DNA of 63,902 bases, filler included, from Intoshia linei (lineage: Eukaryota; Animalia; Orthonectida): the NCBI GenBank assembly GCA_001642005.1. It is 7 parts of 7 records of this genome, joined end to end, with 100 filler letters (N's around TTAATTAATTAA, not from the genome) between each part and the next. Parts side by side here need not be neighbours in the genome. Positions count along the whole stretch, not along the records: positions 37,994 to 48,185 come from LWCA01001289.1; positions 48,286 to 53,117 come from LWCA01001859.1; 5 more parts are not named here. One strand, given 5' to 3'. The translations under genes were made by a program, and so were the position numbers. This document shows positions 37,994-51,900 of the stretch, piece by piece (within the stretch, counting starts at the first letter, position 1; every line of letters starts with the position of its first letter). The notes below the pieces were generated by a model. That model did not search any database. It was given only the letters and a program-made list of their open reading frames with translations, and was not told where the DNA came from.

Positions 37994-40900
37994 GAACGAA
38001 TTTTTTAATTTTTTAGATTTGCCTAATAAATTGACACAGTGTATAATTATAATTAATCAAAATAAAGAAAAATTAATATATAAAATTACAGCAAATTTTT
38101 TTAATTTTTCCTCATAATCTAAAGACGTTGTCTTTAGTTGCATTTTATATTCATTATTTTTTACATCTAGGTTATCCTAAATATTTCGTATGTTATTCAA
38201 ATTATTGTTAGATAGTTAATATTATATAGTTAATTCTCTGTATATACCTTTAAGCATTTAATTTCATTGTACATATTTTTCATTAACTTTTCTTTGTCGC
38301 ATTCAATCTAAAAGGCAATTATATATATACTCCAAAAGAATGGTCAGTGACCATTGGTCACTATCATGGGTCGAAAAAATTAGTAGTGTGCGCATTGCGC
38401 ACACTTCTTAAAAATTGACATTACACCTTTATTCCATGCAAGTTGCATTCATGATTTACAGACGACCAACTAGTGGCTACTGGAGTCAGTCGTTAAAAAA
38501 ATTTTCTGGATTTTCTAAAAATTGAAATTTAAAAAACTTTTATAAAACAGAAAGAAGTTTTTCTTTAATAGAGAAAAATGGAAATATTACACCAAAACAT
38601 TGTTTATAACCTAAACAAAATTAGCAAGCAGATTGAAAGTTTTTAAAATTAGATAGACTGCAGATTGTGACGACTATTATTGTGACAGTTATTAATTTAA
38701 TTACTGATTTTAAAGATTTTTGAAAAATTTCATTTTGAAGAGAATATTTCATTAAAACTTGCTTCATTTGAGATTTTTGATCCATACATATTTGTAGATT
38801 TACATCTTTTTTAGATAATTCATTTTTTAATGATTCTATTTTATCCTATACATGTGTATTAGCAATTGTACAGAATTAGAAATAATATTTAGAAACTTTT
38901 CTAATGAAACCATATTTTTAGGGGGTTTTTAGAGAAAAATATTTTTTTACCACATTTTCTAAGTGGTTTTATGGAAACTTTTTTTAACTATTTTCATAAA
39001 AGTTTTTAGAGAATTCTTATTGCCCATATTTTCAAGGGAGTTTTTAGGAGAATTTTAAAAATAGTTTAAAGAGGGTTTTAAGGTAAATTTGTTTGGTATA
39101 ATTAGAAAATTCCGCCCTCGGCAGAACTAGGTGCTGTGTGTACGAAATTAATTCTTTCAGGATCAAAACCACAAATTTTTACTTTAAAGTGAATTATTCC
39201 ATCTTTGTTTTGTTTTGTTAACATTTGTGTAAAGAATTTTAAAAACAATTTTTATCCCATTTTTTTAATTTATTAGACAGAATGTGTGTATAATATTTAA
39301 AATAAAGTAAAAACAGTTTAATCCTAAAAATTGTCAGAAATAGCATAAATTCTAGCAAATAAAATTATAAAAACCTATTTTGTCAAAAAAGACAATTGCG
39401 GTTTTTGACCCGTAAGATGTGAGTTTGGGAGGTTGAAATTTATTTTGCTAACCCCCGATAAAAACTGTAATTAAAATGTGGACTTTATAAAATGGTAAGA
39501 CTCGTAGTTATTGAAATAAACGGTAACACACACACTCAAACAAATATTGAGTAGCATATTATATAAGTAAGGAGTATATCAATTTCAATAATTTACTAAG
39601 TGGGGATAAATGAAATTTTTTCCTACAATAAAAAGGGGGAACTTAAATATGAAAATGCTAAAATTTAAAAAAATAATAAAAATTTAAAATTTAATAAATT
39701 GTTTTATGATTTAATTCAAATTCTTACTTTCGAATTTAAAAATGAATTCACAAACTTGTTCAAATCATCAATAACCTAATTTAAGGTATTATAATTTTTA
39801 AACAAGTTCAATTAAAAATTAAAAAATGATATTTATTAATTTGTATAATTGAAGTGCCGAACTCGAATAACCAATTTTATAAAACAAGAATTAAGAATAA
39901 TATTATAAATCCAAAAATACACAGGATTAGAACTAAGCGCCAACGAGATTCGAAAATTTGTCAAAAAAATTGACACCCTAATGTATATAATGTATATAAA
40001 TAAACCTGATGTTCTAATTTTAAGTTTTTTAATTTTTCAGTGAGCTGTGCAATTTCATTAATATTTGAAGTTTCACTCATCTTTAAATTTTCAGTCTAAT
40101 TTTATTAATTCAATTATTAATTATTATAAAATAAATGTATTTATTAATAATTTCAAATATATATAACTTGTAATATAATATAATAAACACTTGTAACAAT
40201 TGTATCTTATAAAATTTTTCTCTAAATATTATTGATCTGGCTTTCCATACCTTTCTAAACCGTGTTTCTTCGATACTTAAATAATAATAGAAAAATAAAA
40301 TTAACAGAACAGTGGATTTGACGTTGTTATATCTTACTACATATTATGCCATGTATACACAGAGCCGAGCATACCATACTCGAGGCCACTAAATATTGTT
40401 TGTAAACGTTGTGACATATAACTATAGCCACCTCGTCACGGTGTTGAATTGAAATTTTAAATATGGCACTCAATTTGGGTGATATAAAATACATGTAGTT
40501 ACCATCTTCAAAAATATAATTTTTTTAATGTTCAATTTAAAAAAATGATGTCTCCATTTTAAAAAAATTTCTCCACCCAACCAGAATAGGTTCTTGGTAC
40601 GGTAATTTTGGTTCGATGAATACAAATAATTTTTTTGTTTGTTTTACACAAGTAATTATTACCGATAAAGTGAATCGGTCAATTTGGTCCTAAAAATATT
40701 ATATTTATGTTGTTACTATATATATAAATATATATTATTTTAATTGTTTTATAATAATTATTGATCCAAATACTTTTATGTGTTGATATTGAGATTCTAT
40801 AACATTTTTAAATGTATCTAAAAAATTCGATTCATTCTTCCTTTTCGATTCAGATACTTCCAATTTTGTCTAATATAATGTTTGAATTGATTTTAATGAA

Positions 40901-43900
40901 CATACACAAATATAATTATTAAGGCAGTGAGTGGATTAATATTTGTATTTTTAATTATCAATTATTCGTTTCGTCATTTAACACCTTCCCCACCTCTCCC
41001 AATTTCCTTGGATAATCCGATGTACATAACCATAACAAAATATGCACGCAGAATTAAAAATAACAATTACAATTTCAAAATTCTTCATTGTTTCATTTAA
41101 GTTTTCTTTTATAAATTTTAATTGGTCAATCAGGTTTTGATTTTGTAATGATAACTAAATAATTTTATTACAATTCACAACATCATTACAATATAATTAT
41201 AAAACTTTAAAACTTAACATTAAATAGAGATGGGAAAGTGCGACCCTATTCACCCTTTGATAATAATATTTAATTAAAAAACCTTTTCTTTATCAATTTG
41301 TAAAGTTCCAATTGTTTTTTCCATATTATTTTGTTTGGATAAAGCTCTGTTTTTCTAAATAATTATTTAATAACAGTTTTTTGGTCACAGGTTTAAACAA
41401 CCCAAGGGGAACATTCAGTTGATCGACATACATTTGAGCGATGTATCGTTAGAATGATACATCTTAGAGTTGCACAATTATAGATTTTGCTAATTATTAT
41501 AGTATTTAATTTTTGACCCAAAATTATCTTCAAAATCTTTAAAAATTCGGTGAAAAAATTTTCCGTAAAGAATCCCACAAACACTTTTTTAAAAAATCAA
41601 TAATATGATAAATTGGTAAGATTGCTGATTATGGAATTCTAAGATATATCGCTCAAATGAATATTGCTGTAGAGAATGGATGTCAATCCAAGACACGGCA
41701 CATATTTTTCTCTAAACGAAAAACTTCTTAAAAAGCTTTGTTATTATTTAAAAATATAGATTTGTCATATTAATTAATTATAAAGAATATGGGACAACTC
41801 ATTGTGGCTGTAAAAAATTTTTTGTAAATCGAATAATATTAATATTTTTATTTCATTTTAGATACATTAAATTAGAACGTTTAAGGTCCCTCAAATTCTG
41901 ACTTTTGCAATAAACTTGATAATATAAATTTCTTAAACATAGATCCCTGAATAACTTGATATTTTCCGGTTCAGCCTTTAATTTTTTTTATAATCCACCC
42001 GTACCATTAGAGTTCTGCAATACGTTCCGAAGCAAGATTCACAGGATCCAAGTTCGTGCTTCAGATACAGTTTCAGATGAAAATTTTAGTATCGTGCCGG
42101 TTTGCGCTTCGAATCGTATTGCAGAACTCTAGTACCACCCGCAAAATTTTTCGTTGATTACGACCCAAATCCAATAAAATTAAATTCATATTATCTGTAA
42201 ATAAAGAAAAATAAATAATTCATTAATCAGATGAATATAGTTACTCTGCTTCATAAAAGATTATACATGTAACAATGAATACATGTAATGTAAATCAGAA
42301 TCACAATTTTTAATTTTTTTCTTAAATTAAAATTTAAATTGTACTTCCTTAATATTCTTTTTATTTTCCGTCTAAATAATTAATATTTAATTTATATTTA
42401 AAATGTAGTTTTATAAATTTTCAAATTTTAAACCTGAATAAAATTATTAAAATTGACAGATATTTTGTTCATTTTTTGTTCATTGGAATCCAAATATTTT
42501 TTCAAATCATTAAAACAAGACGATATTGTGTCAAATTTATCTTTTTCAGTTTGTAATGAATTAGCCATAACGTTAAATTTTTTTTTCCAACTAAAAAAGC
42601 GTTAAAATTGAAAAATTGCTATTTTTTAATAATTGTATTGTACACCAGAGTTTAATATAATAGTTTTTCACTGCTGGCTAATCTTTTGAAAGTTACCAAT
42701 AATCAGTCAATGGTATACACACGAAAAATTAAATTGATAGACCCCAGCAAATTTTGGCAGAATTTAAATTTTTCTTTAAATTGCCTTAAAAATTGCTCTT
42801 CCTAATTTAATCCCAACTGATATAAAGCAAAAGTATCTTAATATTATTATTAGTATGTAATCATCCTTACTCACATAATATGCTATACAATATTTGTTTA
42901 TGTGTGTTTAATATTTTTAAGCGTTTATTTCAATAACTACTAGTTTTAAATTTTATAAAGTCAACATTTAAATTACAGTTTTTTCCGGGACATATAATAC
43001 GATAAATTTCGACCTCCCAAACTCACATCTTACGGGTCAAAAATCCCAATTGTCCTTTTTTTGAAAATCAAACGAGTTGGAGAATTAAAAAAATAAAAAA
43101 TATATACTCTGATACGCATTTTAAAATCATGAATATTATCATAAATTTAAATTTAAAAAAAATATATATTTAGGGCCAAAACCCCAAATTACAATTTTTT
43201 TTTAATGAAAACAGCCCTAGAATTTGAAAAAATTTACAGGTTGTACAGTTGTATCCTGTTAACACACAAAAAATATTGAAATTTGAATAAGTAAGCCTTT
43301 ACGGTCAAAAAAGCATTTTAGTATTCATATAATTTAACCGAAATATTTTATTAAAACAAAAAATGTGAAATAATTAACGGTCCAAAAAATTAAAAAAAAA
43401 ATTATTCCGATAGAGCTTATTCCAGTTGATATAAATACAAAATTTCAACCCTAGAAATCTACGTAATCCCGGTGAAAAATAATTTTTAATATATTATCAA
43501 CCAATATTTTTCAAATATTTCGATTAAAATAAAAATTGAAAATGTAAATATTGATTCTACAAATTCAAAAAAAATGTGCATTAAACGTCTAATCATTTCC
43601 AATAAAGAAATATGGGTGAAAATCTATATAATTCTTTCCTTCGGAATTTTTTTCATAGCTACGCAATTCATGAATCTTAAATTTTCATTTTCAAAACATT
43701 TTGTTTAAAATTTAAATTAAAACTACAACAACGAATTACTAAAATAATACAACTTAGTTATTATTATTTTTATATTTATTACAATCCTTTGCAATATTGG
43801 TAAAATTCACCTGAAGTATGTTTATAAATTGCTGATTCCGTTAATTATTGATACATAATTGGTACTGAATATACATTATCATATTGAAAATAGTGAATAG

Positions 43901-44573
43901 TACATATTTTTAAGTTAGATTTTCAACGTGAATTTATTTTGTTGGTATAATAAAAATGTGAGCAAATGTGTAAAAATAATAAAAGCTAGGTGCTGTTTGT
44001 ACGTAGTACATAACAATCTAAAAAAAGAGTAAACTTGATTAAAATTAAAAAATCTGGTTTTCAGTATCAGAAATTGATTTATTGACGTTTTTCCATTAAT
44101 ACCCAATTGTATATAATACACAAATAATAGTGATGCACACAATACAAATTTTAAAAGTAACCTGAAAATCTCTTGATGTGTACTGTTTTTTATTTTATGA
44201 ATTTCAACATTATATAATAAATTGTCATTTTTTACTTTTTCTAGCTCTAATGTTAAATTTTTTTTTTCCGATAAGAGAAAATTGTTGGTATTTATAACGT
44301 TTTCATGCTTTTCGTCAAATTCACGTTTTTTCAGTTCTTTTAATATTAAATTGTCTGATAGTTCGTTCACTTTTTTCGAATATTTAAGGCATTTTTGTTC
44401 ATATTCTTTTTTTTCGTGTTGTATATTCTAATCAAAATTAAATTAAACGCATAAATTACGTCTGTATGACCGAAACTGCACTTCTCTGTAGTTAGATATT
44501 TGATTTTGCCCCGATTATTTCTAGCTGAAGCCGAATCGGTTTTTGGAATGTTTTCGTTACTTATGTTTGTCAT
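37994..44573 (-). CDS. Multi-exon coiled-coil protein of unknown identity, running into the spacer
   Basis: Exons 44573-44460, 44427-44162 and 42590-42434 join in phase (MTNISNE..|NIQHEKKEYEQKC..ELEKVKND..|SWKKKFNVMANSLQTEKDKF). Further short E/K-rich GT-AG exon candidates near 42350, 41300, 41100, 40800, 40230, 40050, 39750, 38780, 38280 and 38130 were not all phase-checked. Confidence 0.6.
39170..39573 (-). mobile_element. Helitron 5' portion, reverse orientation
   Basis: Reverse complement starts TCCTTACTTATATAATATGCT; 39175-39320 is shared with 62615-62760. Confidence 0.65.
42008..42131. mobile_element. 124-bp MITE with 17-bp perfect TIR (TAGAGTTCTGCAATACG)
   Basis: GTACCAT|TAGAGTTCTGCAATACG ... 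CGTATTGCAGAACTCTA|GTACCAC; near-identical flanks suggest a TSD. Confidence 0.85.
42864..44020 (+). mobile_element. Longest copy of the non-autonomous Helitron family
   Basis: A|TCCTTAC start; internal blocks shared with 26270-26580, 36400-36705 and 55160-55530; 3' GCTAGGTGCTGTTTGTACGTAGTACATAACA hairpin with degenerate CTAG. Confidence 0.75.
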
Positions 44574-45929
44574 ATTATACGAAATGTTAATACATGTTTA
44601 ATAAACATTGTTTATCAACCATTTTTACTATTAATGCTTAATTTAAAAAGATAATAAATGTTAACTTTAAAACATATTTCAATGCGTTAGATTTCAATAA
44701 ATGGAATCATAATATTTTAAAATCATCAAAAATTGTTTTCAGTTTATGTTTAGTTTAGTCTGTTATCATTTTAATAAAGGTAGAGCAATGATATTTTAAT
44801 CGTGCAAATAGTTTTAAATTTTGATCAATTTCAATGGTTAAATAATTCTCCATGTGGGGCACTGGTAGATGAGACGGAAAAGACCTATTGAGGCAATGAA
44901 AATATTAATTTTTGAAAAAGTTTATATATATGATGGAAAGGTGGAATATGTTTAATGTTATTAAAGACCGGTCATTCGATTTTCATTTATTTGACAGAAT
45001 TACTCAAATATGATGAACCATCATTGATGATGCAGTCTCCTGGTACATGATTTTTAATGATAAAAAATTAATGATAAATTAATGATAAATCTATAAAATA
45101 CGTCAATATGGTCCGACAGGTATTTTTTTTCTTTCACGTGCTGTTGGACGTCGTTATTGTTGTCAATATGATTATATGTCGAATTATTTTTGTTTTCAAT
45201 TAAGTTTGATAATTTTTTTAAAACAGCAATATTTTCTGGTACAATCTAATTATTATTTAATTTAATTAGAAGCATATATAATTTGAAGTATTAATAAACA
45301 TTATACATTGTACAATGTACATTAGGGTGACTCCAAAAAGAACTTGTGATTACGCTATCCATTTTAAAATTAAAATTTCTCAAACATGTGTTAGTCATCT
45401 GTCAATGATAAGTTAAATTCCTTAGTAAGCATTCTTTACCCATAAAAGTAAAATTAAAAGTAAAGTAAAAATTGTTAAAAATGTGTAAAAATAAAATAAA
45501 AATATTACTTAATTTTGATAAAATGATGATTACGTTCACTAATTATTATTAGTCATAAATTATGACTCATAATAATAAACAATATACCATATGTATGATC
45601 GATACTGAATAATATTCTAATTTAATTTTATTGTTAAAAAAAGGTTATTTTCATTTTATTTAAAATTTTTCTTTTGGACCACCTGGAATTTCCTTTGGAC
45701 CATTTTGGGATCTACTGGAAACTTAATATCTATATATCTATTATTTCATCTAATAATATTAATCAATTTATGAATTAAAATATTGATTAAAAATTAAAAA
45801 GTCACCCTTTGCAAAGCAAACTGCTGTTTATGCAAAGTACATAACAGTCAAGCTAGTTATTAATACATTATACGGTATAATTTATACCATATTTTATAGA
45901 ACATGACACGCATTAATTAACAATAATAC

Positions 45930-46915
45930 CTGCTTAATAAATTGACGGCTTTCACAGGAGTTATTATTCATTTTTTCGTAACACTGATTGAGTTTGTAAG
46001 CTAAATTGTTATAATCATTTTTTCCATTGGAATTCTAAAAATATAATGACGTGTAAACTTTTCTAATATAGTACTAAAATCATAAATTATATACATTCCA
46101 CAATTTTATATTTGTATATTACAAAATAATTATTATTATTAATACCCTGTACGATATTCTCAGAATTATTTTATAATTAAAAAAAATCGTTACAATTTTG
46201 TTTTTTTGCATTTTTTTCATTTGTTGTCCTATAGTTTTGAATTTCTCTGTTGTTTTCTAAATATATAACAGTCCGTAAATGGAGTTTTAAATAAATATTT
46301 ACAACTTTGATAAAATTAACAGTGTTCCGTTCAGTGCTTCTCAAGTAAAATTCCTCTCTGAGAGGAATCTATTTAGAAATTATTAAACTGTATATCCAAA
46401 TAAAATGGACTTTTGGAGGTCGAAAAAATTATTTTCAAAAAAATAATATCATGGGTAATGCAATGATATATGGTAACGTAATCGTTTAGTATAACTTATA
46501 ATAATGAAGTATAACGGACATTCGTAACGAGATATTGAGAACTATCAGTACTTTTATGTTATTCTCGTAGAAGATTCTATATCGAACATAATATTTAATG
46601 ACGATTATAATTTAACATAATTTATTTAGTCGGGATTAAATCGTAAACGATAGTTGTATCGTTACTAAGACATTGGAAAAGAGGTAAGGAGAGGTCTAAG
46701 AGAGAGAATAAAAATTTTAATTTTGTTAATAAATGAATAAGTTTTAATTATGAGATTTAAGTAAGAGTAAATACCTTTAAACTTTTAGCAAATTTATTAA
46801 CATCTTGAGGTTTAACATCATCAGATGAATTACTTTCTTTTGGATTGTAGTAATTTTCCTCGATAACTGAAACACTAGAAATAGAATCTGAATGTTCACA
46901 GCAGCAGTCTGACAT
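45930..46915 (-). CDS. Putative exons (46915-46775, 46256-~46194, 46034-45930); possibly upstream exons of the coiled-coil gene
   Basis: MSDCCCEHSDSISSVS..FAKSLK|KTTEKFK..; open frames bounded by AG/GT. The last donor is phase 0, compatible with the acceptor at 44427. Confidence 0.4.
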
Positions 46916-48401
46916 TATTTTATTTTTAACAACTCTACAATAAAGATTTAACCATAAAAAATGGATATATTCTAAATTAAATAGACAACATTGCAGTAAA
47001 AATAAACAGTATATCTTAACATTCAAAATCTTTATATAAAAAATAAAAATACTGTTTTGACAACTTACTATGTAAATTAGGCGGCAAATACACGTTACGA
47101 ACTGTTGATTTTGCTCAATAACGATAATATTTATTATTAATACATTTCATAATTATTGATATGTTTTGAATCAAACTTTTGATACATTTACGAAAAAGTG
47201 TGTTTACATAAGATTTCATGTCATTCCATTTCAACATCATGTCAGGCGTGTCCATCTATTGTTACGAGATATGATAATAATTATTCCCAAAATAATATTA
47301 TAGATATACATATGTATTATATATAGACAATAATAGAATATTTTTGTGTTTTATGTAATTATATGACTATGCCAGCAGTATTTAACGAGAGCTAAAAATT
47401 ATACTATTTTAAGATTAAGTTTTAATCATTTCTATGTAAATTGAAAAATAATTTTTGGACTATTTTTATTATTAATCTATTAAAATGCTCTATTTCGCAG
47501 TAATAATCTAAAAAGTGAATTTTATCAATTTTTACAAGGAATTTATCTCTAAGGCTAATATTATTCATCTTGTGAGTGCTAAAGATTTTAATCGACTTAA
47601 TTATACTGAAAATGATGCAATTATAGGCATTGAAGATGAAATATTTAATAATACAAATTCATTGGTACATTGCAATGTACCAATTAAAAACGAAGATGAA
47701 ATTAAATCCGAACGTAAAACGAAAAAGTTTTTAATAATCTGTCTTGGAATAAACCTATCCATTGGAATAAAGAGAGCGAATCGTATGTCTAATAATTATA
47801 TCATATACTAGGGTGGCCAAAAAAATTTAAATTTATTTAAACCATGCTATAAAAGTGTCGTAAAAGTTAGATGTACAATATTTCAGCGTTTAAAACAAGT
47901 TATTCCTTTTGTCATCTTTGCTCGGTTTTTCCCGTGACTGACCGACCTTTCCAAAATTGTCAAAACATTACTATTTCTGAAAAGATTATACCATTGCAGG
48001 TGTTAGGGTATCAAATATTATTTATTATTTTATTATATTATAATCATTAAATTATATACATACTATTTTATATTTATTTATATTTTTTCACAATAACTAC
48101 TATTCTACTAACTACTATTCACTATTCAAAGCGGAAAACAATAAAAATATATTACATTTTTAAATAAAATTTAATATACGTCTAANNNNNNNNNNNNNNN
48201 NNNNNNNNNNNNNNNNNNNNNNNNNNNNNTTAATTAATTAANNNNNNNNNNNNNNNNNNNNNNNNNNNNNNNNNNNNNNNNNNNNTTTTTAATTTTACCA
48301 AAAAAATAAATTTGATAATTATTATTATATTATATAAATTAATAATTATAATAGAATCTTACTTACATTGCAATGTAAATAAATAATTAAATTATCCATA
48401 C

Positions 48402-49966
48402 CTGCAATTAACGCATCAATTAAAAGATTATTTTCTGCGGTGGGGTATTTACGTCTATTTGTAGAACTAAGATTAAGCCAGAATTAATTGAAACTGAATT
48501 TTAAAATTCAATATAAACTTTCATTAACAATTTTTATCAACCCTTATGGGAAAACCCACTTTTACCAATTTTTAATGGAAAAATTTTAATTTTTTATGTG
48601 AAAAAGAAAATGCAAACAGCGTGCTTGAAGGGCTGAATTTTCTGAAACAGACATGCAAAAAGAGAGGTAAAACAGTATATACTTCAAAAAATTCCGACTG
48701 ACGAAGGCAAGGCATATCAAAAAACTATGGAAACCGTTGGTATTTCCACCATATGGATTAACTGTTGGTTTCACGTGAAAACTGGCTGAATCTGATGATT
48801 TCGGGATAACATGTTTATCACTAATCTTTCTATTTGAGAACTTCATTTTGTTTTGTTTGTGATATTGAGTTTTTATGGGATACTCCGCAATTCTGTAAAA
48901 CTGGATTTTTCCCTTAAAGGTTGGTAAAACTAAAATTTTCCTTATAGGGTTGGTAAAACTGGAATTTTCCCTGAAGGGTTTTTAAAACCGAATTTTTCCA
49001 TTTTAAGGTTGGTAAAACTGAATTTTTTATTTTAGTCTTAGTAAATTTTGATTTTTAGTAAAAATGGATGGATTTAAGTAGACATTTTTTTTTATTAATA
49101 ACAAATTTAATGATCTACTTTTCATGATATTACAACAAATGTAGTTTATTATAAAATTCAGATATTGTCTTACTCTAAATATTCGTTTTTTTTTTATTGT
49201 AAATAATATAATATATTTCTATCAAAAATAATAATTTTATTGTTTTGAATTTTTGACGTTTTGTGAACGAAAACTGAAAATTCATCAAATTTTTTAAAGT
49301 ACTTTTACGAAAATTTGCAAAAAAAGTACTGAGTTTCCAAAAAAACTTTCTTTAAAGCATTGATAATAATGAATAGAATCATCTTGTTCGCAATAAAAAG
49401 TTTGATCTTTTCCCGTTGGCTAATTTTGCATTGTTTAAAAAAAGTGTTTTAGCATACACTATAATGTACATTATACAATTGTAATTACCAAAATAGTGAT
49501 ATATTTAATTTCTGAGTTAATTTACTTTATAAAAATTTTTAAAATTTGTAATTATTATATAAAATGTTTATTATCTTAAAAATTAAGTAAAAACTAATAT
49601 TAAAAATCATAATAAATAACATGAATTCCATAAAAATAAAATTGTAAATACCTGTAGTAATAATGTGATTGAATACATTCAGTAACCTCTATCGATAAGT
49701 AAATAACAAATTTCAATAAGATAATAACAAAGTTATATAGTGTTTTTTTGACGGTGGAGGCGTCATTTTCTGAGTTTAAAATTTTTTGTGTTTATAGAAC
49801 TGAAGATAACTATGAGTTGTTGATAATACATTAATCGTCCCATCACTATCATTATAGTTATATGAATGTCACAATCGACTCACCTTTCGGATTCATCGCT
49901 TACTGTCATAAATAGTAGCGTCGAATAAACTGAGTTAAAATTTAACTTAAGTAGATAATTTTTCAT
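48402..49966 (-). CDS. Putative spliced gene fragment of unknown function, ending at the spacer
   Basis: ATG at 49966, strong GTGAGT donor at 49883 with a 38-nt intron, an assumed 41-nt intron, donor at 49651, and an in-phase exon 48468-48402 (STNRRKYPTAENNLLIDALIA). No recognisable homology. Confidence 0.3.
48530..49035 (+). mobile_element. Mutator (MULE) transposase remnant between inverted arrays of ~29-bp subrepeats
   Basis: KIPTDEGKAYQKTMETVGISTIWINCWFHVK (TD...CxFH MULE motif) at 48688-48780; left TTTTACCAA units and right TTGGTAAAAC units in inverted orientation. Confidence 0.7.
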
Positions 49967-50587
49967 TAGAACACCGATTACATATTACTGATGATAATAA
50001 TATTTAAAATTTGTGAATTATGTATGGCGAAAAATTGACCTTGAACGTATTTATTAAATATGACTCGAATTTAAATTTTTAAATTGGATTAAAAATTGAT
50101 TCTCATTTACTACCTCAATTTGTCTTTGAATTGAATGATAATCTGAAATATTTAATATTCCACGCATTCATTAATAAAATATAGCAGCATTAGAATATTC
50201 ATGTTTATTTAGTTACATTATGTAACTAAATAAACAATAATGTAACTTACATTTACTTTGTAATTTAACCATGAATTAATTAAACGGTTATGCAAATATT
50301 GAAAGTTAATAAACTCAAATTTTAATATAGAAACATGCATTCATTCATTCATGAAATGTATAGGAACTTGGATACGCCTGTTTTAAATTCATTTTTTGGA
50401 ACGTAGATAATGATCCGCACTACATAGTAGTTATAATCTATAGTTACATAGACTACAGTGTTGACTTTTAACTAAAATGCACAAGTTAGACTGAAACTTT
50501 ATTTGGTAAGTAATCTACTAACATGAAGGATATATTGTAAACTGAACGGGTTGTATTTCATAAATTGTAGATATTTCGTATTGATAA

Positions 50588-51859
50588 ATGCATTTTCCTC
50601 AAACATTACGTATAAAGAATCTGTTTACGAGAAAAAAAAGTTTAATTTTGAAAAATGTGTATTATAAAAAGTATAAAATATGCTACATAGGCAATATGAC
50701 CATTAATTACCACCATGGTATAATAGATCCTGTGCATAAATCTGTAAATACACTGTTAAAGGTACAGAAATCAACAATTTCTGTAATAATAATTTTAGGC
50801 CATACCCAAAAGCAGATCAACAGACATGAAATTACTAATACTGCCATCACAGCTATCGGCTCAAACTAAAGAACAAGGAACAACCATTTGGAATTACAAC
50901 CGAATGTTAGGCATGCATTTATTGGAAACTGGGAAATGTTGCATTTTTTGGATTTACAAGTAATTACTAATGTTTGTTTTTTCAATGTTTTTAGACACGT
51001 AGACAAAAAAATGCGTCAAATAATTCGACTACATGTAGCTTTCTGTCCAAACGAATCTACGGCTGTCGAAATTGTAGAAAATACCATGCATAATAGAAAA
51101 TTTGCTTCTAAAATTGCAATAAACGAAAAAATTCGCAGAGATGAAATGCGACGGTTTTATGAACATTTTGATCTCGGTGAAAATATGTGTATTGGGAAAA
51201 ATACCTTTTCTGTTAGACGCAGAGAACTCATTCAAAAAAATTATTCGTCTCGTACCGAAAATTGTTGCAATTTAGAACCCATTATCGAAGAACCATCAGA
51301 TATAGACTCTGATTATTCAGAAATTTACAGAATGGACCTCCACCAACTAGAGTCACTCGATTTTCGTCAAAATGATTCTAAAAACTCTACCAATTACAAA
51401 GAAGCTGAAAAATCGGCTCTAAGTATTCTATTACAGAAAATGCTCTACATTAATTCCAAAGAGAGTAGTGACAGTGGTACAAGTTGTAATAGCGCTGAAA
51501 CCAACAATTCAGAAAATACAAAAAAACATGTCACTGAATATTCGTATCCTACCAATATTGTGTCTACATTCAAGTTCAATTGCAACCGAACGCTAGGAAG
51601 TAACCTTTCTGACGACTATTTCAATGATTTTTCTCCTTTAATACCAGTACCGAAAAGAAAGGTTGAAAGTAATGATGATATTTTTGTAACCTCCATCACT
51701 AATTTAAAACAAAGATCCTACTCATTGACAAACCTTTCCAATAAATCTCAACAAAATGTACATGTTATGAATGGCGACACAATCAACCACTTAATTGAAA
51801 ATTCACAATTAGAATCTCAATGTGATGACACAGTATACCCAGTTACTGAATTTTTTTAA
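50588..51859 (+). CDS. FAM43: FAM43-like PTB/PID-domain protein; exons 50588-50761, 50799-50959, 50995-51859
   Basis: Spliced: FTRKK..YKICYIGNMT..MKLLILPSQLSAQTKEQGTTIWNYNR..CCIFWIYK|HVDKKMRQIIRLHVAFCPNESTA..EKIRR. This follows the FAM43 pattern YLGNV..MKL..HG..FCWIYRH..LRCHAVLC. Introns of 37 and 35 nt. Confidence 0.8.
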
Positions 51860-51900
51860 ATCAGGTTCAGTGAACATTGTTCACGTTTTCGCGTGTTGTA

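Noticed and set aside
44830-45065. Merlin- or integrase-like remnant (HVPGDCIINDG..NIKHIPPFH)
   Set aside because: Too degenerate, with multiple stops, to assign.
47515-47811. 98-aa plus-strand ORF
   Set aside because: No ATG start or recognisable homology; may be an orphan exon but is unsupported.
48586-48846. Minus-strand 86-aa ORF
   Set aside because: Antisense to the MULE remnant on the + strand.
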